From Bdellovibrionales bacterium (GTDB taxonomy: Bacteria > Bdellovibrionota > Bdellovibrionia > Bdellovibrionales > Bdellovibrionaceae): a stretch of DNA of 20,059 nucleotides. Below the pieces are notes generated by a model, which saw only the letters and a program-made list of their open reading frames with translations, did not search any database and was not told the origin of the DNA. Positions 17,601 to 20,059 of the stretch are shown in pieces (within the stretch, counting starts at the first letter, position 1; every line of letters begins with the position of its first letter). The position numbers and the translations under genes are program-made. Location of the stretch: positions 1 through 20,059 of the forward strand of contig JANMPT010000089.1 in NCBI GenBank assembly GCA_031370005.1, given 5' to 3'.

Positions 17601-18262
17601 TTGTTTTCAGGGTTATACTTATCCTGAGTTTTATTCCACTCAGGCTCTTGCTCTTCTTCGTCCTTGTCGTCGTCCTTTTTCTTTTCCTTATCTTTTTCTT
17701 CCTGCTTTTTTTGCTCTTCTTTTTGGATGTCTTCTTTTGTTTTAGGGAAGACGACTCTAGATTCAACCGTTGAAAGAACGCGAAGCGCTTCGAGCGCCGC
17801 AAAAACTTGAAGGTCGGAGCCTGGTTTTTGGCTGATTGCAATCAGTTGGTTAGCAGTCGTTCTCTTTATTTGAATAAAATCGGCATGTTTTAAAACATGA
17901 CCCTGGTCCATGGAACTCAAGAGGTGAAGAAGTTCCTTTAAAATAGGAAGTTCATTAGCCATTCGTTTATAGACAGCACCAATTTTATCAGGATTTTGTC
18001 CGGCAGCTTCGAGTGGATGTTCTAAATGTGAGACATTTTTTTGTAGCGCCTGTCTAATCTTTAGCCACACCTGAGGCCGTGGGGAGAGGTCTGATTTCTT
18101 ATATAATTGAGTCCATTGTTCGGCTTCGTTTTGAGGCGCGGAGACCACCGATTTTGAGAAGATTTCCGAGCACTTGTTTGTGTTTGCCATAGCTGCGACG
18201 GACGCAAAAAGAGGCAAAAAAACAAATAGGAATAAGAATAAGGAGCGACACTTTTTGTACAT
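14624..18262 (-). CDS. large secreted transglutaminase-like + vWA domain protein (1212 aa)
   Basis: Signal peptide (..ASVAAMA). Cys-His-Asp triad FNCDGAA / AHVWIEVF / VPFDMTP (about 16770-16990). Two K/E/D/Q-rich linkers. C-terminal vWA with MIDAS DVSLS, GGTD and LFTDG (about 15100-15580). Confidence 0.88.
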   Translation of the reverse strand: MYKKCRSLFLFLFVFLPLFASVAAMANTNKCSEIFSKSVVSAPQNEAEQWTQLYKKSDLSPRPQVWLKIRQALQKNVSHLEHPLEAAGQNPDKIGAVYKRMANELPILKELLHLLSSMDQGHVLKHADFIQIKRTTANQLIAISQKPGSDLQVFAALEALRVLSTVESRVVFPKTKEDIQKEEQKKQEEKDKEKKKDDDKDEEEQEPEWNKTQDKYNPENKDLANDGKGKKKNVDIVLTDASVYKRLLRQKIYDQFNLKDWSSVPSGREQIQAENQFSKKLIINPLGETSIDVPVPYGYTLVPGKYADHRVVEVGPGEFKVQVSSKNQVSLGLSKIQSEAYLAAPPKVPNAQELGYWPQHLLLFTQSLKGLPPIEAAARLEKYISEEGGFLYYSKGDKISEGDLTKIDQKFNQLLTQMPKPMAMAHVGAFNCDGAAWIGGLLLRDVLNMPVRIAGGRTSAGTKTVGQEKFHVVKSADPAHVWIEVFDGKHWVPFDMTPKNNTPDSQSSPTDVEREESKPPTPGQKQPPKDKSQPSKGEGQKSEKKESDKDGAKDGEKDDKKEGQDSKGKDQKTKAEDGKDQKENEQDGEGAPGSKKIDDLINAKSTQRRKGEQNLALIDRVLKRNELMLLEHLIHDGHQTSFQTESAAVLDALGENSNWKNVVERSRGKISTILNDTKFAKFSGLQTFLTDIRVEFSQNNAREAKQKLMIVERLLLALGEYRSLTKQETEALHSIEGIIRGLDQIKHVNSKEFDAVQDLIKSLPGNISKNWLSKQYGKDYDQIGSSSSIRLAQDIVSGKLKPLLQMGAVSEFVDMTLNSTPEPQWKDEPTLNRSLAPKPRQDLIVTRNPLDFAKMLWTLRPGENMFAPTLQGRQFAMGSLETRRVISPKNPLERKVSVIYYDVSLSMNGRPIESQDALLMAFVDKALSDTDAIGRPTHEIYLIPFNDNILQGVHIASREDAQNFLSRRMNMRTQTSGGTDIQKAVENFYDIIGTSYRNKAAQGAREKLFQKANMVLFTDGGSTINMEQLEAKRKTMPKDVQINMNFVSIGDQVNETLKSLSQNAKLSSSKPTFRKMDSQMIEAVGNVSSEYNPDAFATTQRISGTMLAQINNLLQKIVVDTRQKGDVSQIDRALSQVQTTQTDVSKLPGIREALNLTQLENAISSLKVDTHVKQRLVESVIESYQQLTSRTWKDMTYPEKDALEKLRAWARQ

Positions 18263-18276
18263 ATTATAAGGAATTG

Positions 18277-18292
18277 AGCAAGAGGTGTACCA
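18277..18292 (-). promoter_or_regulatory. sigma54 -24/-12 promoter of the transglutaminase-vWA gene
   Basis: Minus strand TGGTACACCTCTTGCT matches TGGYAC-N5-TTGCW. The ATG follows 15 nt after the GC, with no SD. Confidence 0.65.
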
Positions 18293-18379
18293 TCAAAGAC
18301 AATAGATTTGAGCTCATGGCATGCTTCGTGAATATCTTACAATTTGATAATCCCGTAATGCGTAACTTAAAGGAAACTT

Positions 18380-18429
18380 ATGAAAAAGATGCGATCAACG
18401 CTCCATATATTATTAGTAGGGACTTTCCT
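18380..18429 (+). pseudogene. 5' remnant of a probable secreted-protein gene cut by the IS
   Basis: SD AAGGA, then ATG 18380: MKKMRSTLHILLVGTFL looks like a signal peptide. It enters the IS end at 18430 and stops at 18449-18451. Confidence 0.5.
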
Positions 18430-18518
18430 TGAACTGTTTTTTTTGGAGTGAGACAAACTTGAAGAATTTGGTTCGTCGTTAGAGATTGTCTATCTTCTAG
18501 ACAGTTGTTGAGCTTCTG

Positions 18519-19493
18519 TCAATAATTGTTTTTCATCTTTTTTATTTCCATCCAATATTCTTTCCTGTCTTGCCAAGTTTTTCTTTTCAATTCTTTCAGT
18601 GCATTTCGCATAAATGTTTTATTATTTGTCTCGTGGACCAACCAAGGCGTGTAATTCCATAGCGCTTGGTGCGGTCTTTTCTCGTTGTACCATTTGATGT
18701 ATTCGCCGATCGTTTCTTTCGCTGTTTGTTCATCTTGATAATCGCCGACAATGTAAATTTCCTCTTGCTTGATTGTTCGGTAAAATCTCTCCGTTCTTGC
18801 GTTGTCCGTGGGCCTTCGCACTCTCGCAAACGAAAGATCTGCGCTGATATCTTTAAAAAACTCTCTCGTCACTCGCGCCGTGTTCGGCGATCCCTGATCA
18901 AGCCGAAGCTCAGGCTTGTTAGGGCAATCAGTCGTGATATTGTACTCGGCAAGGCCTGATTCATAAAGCTCAGTGATGTGCCGAGCACAAACGTTTTGCA
19001 CGATTTCAAAATGAACCACGTATCTCGAAAAAAAATCAATCAAGTTCAAAAGGTACCAACGTTTCCCACCAATGCGCAGCTGCGTCCAGTCAGCTCCCCA
19101 CATAATGTTGGACCCGATCACCTCGTATAATGGCTCATCCCAAGGTGCTGCTCTCCTCTCATAATATTCAACCAAACCTCGCGCCTTCAAACGCTTGTAC
19201 ACGCTCGTTGCCGACAGATAGCAACCCTCCAGCTGCAACATTCCCTGGATCTGTCGGTGCCGCATTTCGGGGTACTTGTCTTTCATCTCATCAATTTTTA
19301 GATGCTCCTTCTCAGTCACAGTTTTGACTGTCGTTCTTGGTTCAGTTTTATTTGCCATTTCAATCCTTCGCTTCAACCAACGGTAGTAGTTCGACCTTGG
19401 CACTTGCAGATGCCTCAGGATCTCAGACAACGCACGGCCCTTTTGTCTTTCGCTCTCCACGAATGACAAGACTTCTTGCTTTTGAATTTCCAT
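18519..19493 (-). CDS. IS3-family transposase OrfB (DDE/rve integrase core)
   Basis: RSNYYRW, then WGADWT, LIDFFSR, LDQGS, DNARTERFYRTIKQE and YNEKRPHQAL. The frame extends upstream to the A7G slip site. Confidence 0.92.
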   Translation of the reverse strand: MEIQKQEVLSFVESERQKGRALSEILRHLQVPRSNYYRWLKRRIEMANKTEPRTTVKTVTEKEHLKIDEMKDKYPEMRHRQIQGMLQLEGCYLSATSVYKRLKARGLVEYYERRAAPWDEPLYEVIGSNIMWGADWTQLRIGGKRWYLLNLIDFFSRYVVHFEIVQNVCARHITELYESGLAEYNITTDCPNKPELRLDQGSPNTARVTREFFKDISADLSFARVRRPTDNARTERFYRTIKQEEIYIVGDYQDEQTAKETIGEYIKWYNEKRPHQALWNYTPWLVHETNNKTFMRNALKELKRKTWQDRKEYWMEIKKMKNNY

Positions 19494-19513
19494 GAGATGT
19501 TGACCCTTTTCGA

Positions 19514-19828
19514 TTATTCCCAGTTCGTCTCTTTTTTTAAATCTGCAATGGCCTGCGCCTGAGACAAAATAATTGCCTTCAGTCGCTCGTTCTCGCGTTC
19601 AAGTTTTCGCTTTTCTTTATCTGCTGGGGGCTTGCCACTACGAAGGCTGGATTTCACGCCTACTGAGAGTTGTCGCTTCCACTGACTGTAGATGCTTGAT
19701 GCAATCCCGGCTTTTTCAAGCGCTGAAGCCCGGGTCATACCACTTTTGATGTCGGCTTCGATCTTTTGCAGAATGTCGTACTTTTGTTCAGCTGTAAAAC
19801 TTCTGCGCACTCTTTTCGTCTGGTTCAT
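19514..19828 (-). CDS. IS3-family transposase OrfA (HTH + leucine zipper)
   Basis: RRSFTAEQK...GIASSIYSQWKRQ HTH, then the LERENERLK coiled coil and LKK. Confidence 0.92.
   Translation of the reverse strand: MNQTKRVRRSFTAEQKYDILQKIEADIKSGMTRASALEKAGIASSIYSQWKRQLSVGVKSSLRSGKPPADKEKRKLERENERLKAIILSQAQAIADLKKETNWE
19531..19538 (-). other. -1 programmed frameshift site A AAA AAA G
   Basis: OrfA reads TTA AAA AAA GAG. The -1 frame reads KRDELGIIEKGQHL-MEIQ, open into OrfB. Confidence 0.8.
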
Positions 19829-19896
19829 TCGTCATTCCTTCCGGATTATGACGAACTAAATTTGCAATTTCTGTCCCATTTTTAAAAAACAGTACA

Positions 19897-20059
19897 TCCA
19901 TCGGCGCATGGCGTGGGGAAAAAGACGGAATTGTAATGAAGATCCTTGGCATAGCAAATGGCATAGCCCAAGTGGATCTTGGCAGTGGCCAGGCGGCAAG
20001 CCAAGCTGAGCTAGATTATTTTAATTTTACCACAGAAGAGCTTCAGAAATTAGCCGAGC
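19897..20059 (+). CDS. partial ORF abutting the IS end, unknown product
   Basis: Open frame from the first base after the IS to the window end: SIGAWRGEKDGIVMKILGIANGIAQVDLGSGQAASQAELDYFNFTTEELQKLAE. The other five frames contain stops. Confidence 0.45.

Larger units (their letters stand above)
18430..19896 (-). mobile_element. IS3-family insertion sequence, 1467 bp
   Basis: TG...CA ends. Imperfect terminal inverted repeats of about 47 bp: TGAACTGTTTTTTTTGGAGTGAGACAAACTTGAAGAATTTGGTTCGTC (18430-18477) versus TGTACTGTTTTTTAAAAATGGGACAGAAATTGCAAATTTAGTTCGTC (19896-19850). Contains orfA and orfB. Confidence 0.92.

Noticed and set aside
16480..17745. Repetitive T/C-rich tracts (about 16480-16730 and 17640-17745) and track ORFs 16363-16731 and 17488-17841
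   Set aside because: These are low-complexity K/E/D/Q linkers of the 1212-aa protein. The alternative-frame ORFs are by-products of that composition, not tandem repeats or genes.
1636..19327. Remaining short ORF-track entries nested in or antisense to the called genes
   Set aside because: They lie mostly or wholly within well-supported CDSs and show no motifs or convincing translation signals.
1..20059. CRISPR array, tRNA/rRNA, riboswitch, prophage or defence-system genes
   Set aside because: No regularly spaced repeats, cloverleaf or recognisable signature seen by eye. An Rfam/Infernal scan would be needed to exclude structured RNAs in the intergenic gaps.

Overview
A roughly 40% GC bacterial chromosomal segment. 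Its gene content points to Bdellovibrionota (inferred from a Bd0109-like DUF6531/YD-repeat protein and the RAYT-like protein). In order: a partial HUH/Y1 (RAYT/IS200-like) transposase-family gene missed by the ORF track, an NTF2/SnoaL protein, a UMF1-type MFS transporter, rlmE, a 57-codon glycosyltransferase remnant (also missed), a Y-family DNA polymerase, a DUF6531/YD-repeat + subtilisin pair, a GGEEF diguanylate cyclase, host-attachment (baeRF12), CHAD and lipoprotein genes, an orphan TolC, a hemerythrin/DUF438-PAS + RegB + RegA operon, a 1212-aa secreted transglutaminase-vWA fusion, and a complete 1467-bp IS3-family element with a -1 frameshift site and no perfect target duplication. The most novel-looking items are the transglutaminase-vWA protein, the RegBA operon led by a hemerythrin-PAS gene, the RAYT-like gene with a possible ATT start and clamp motif, and a recurring leaderless-promoter architecture (sigma70 and sigma54). 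All family calls are by-eye motif recognition; no database searches were run.
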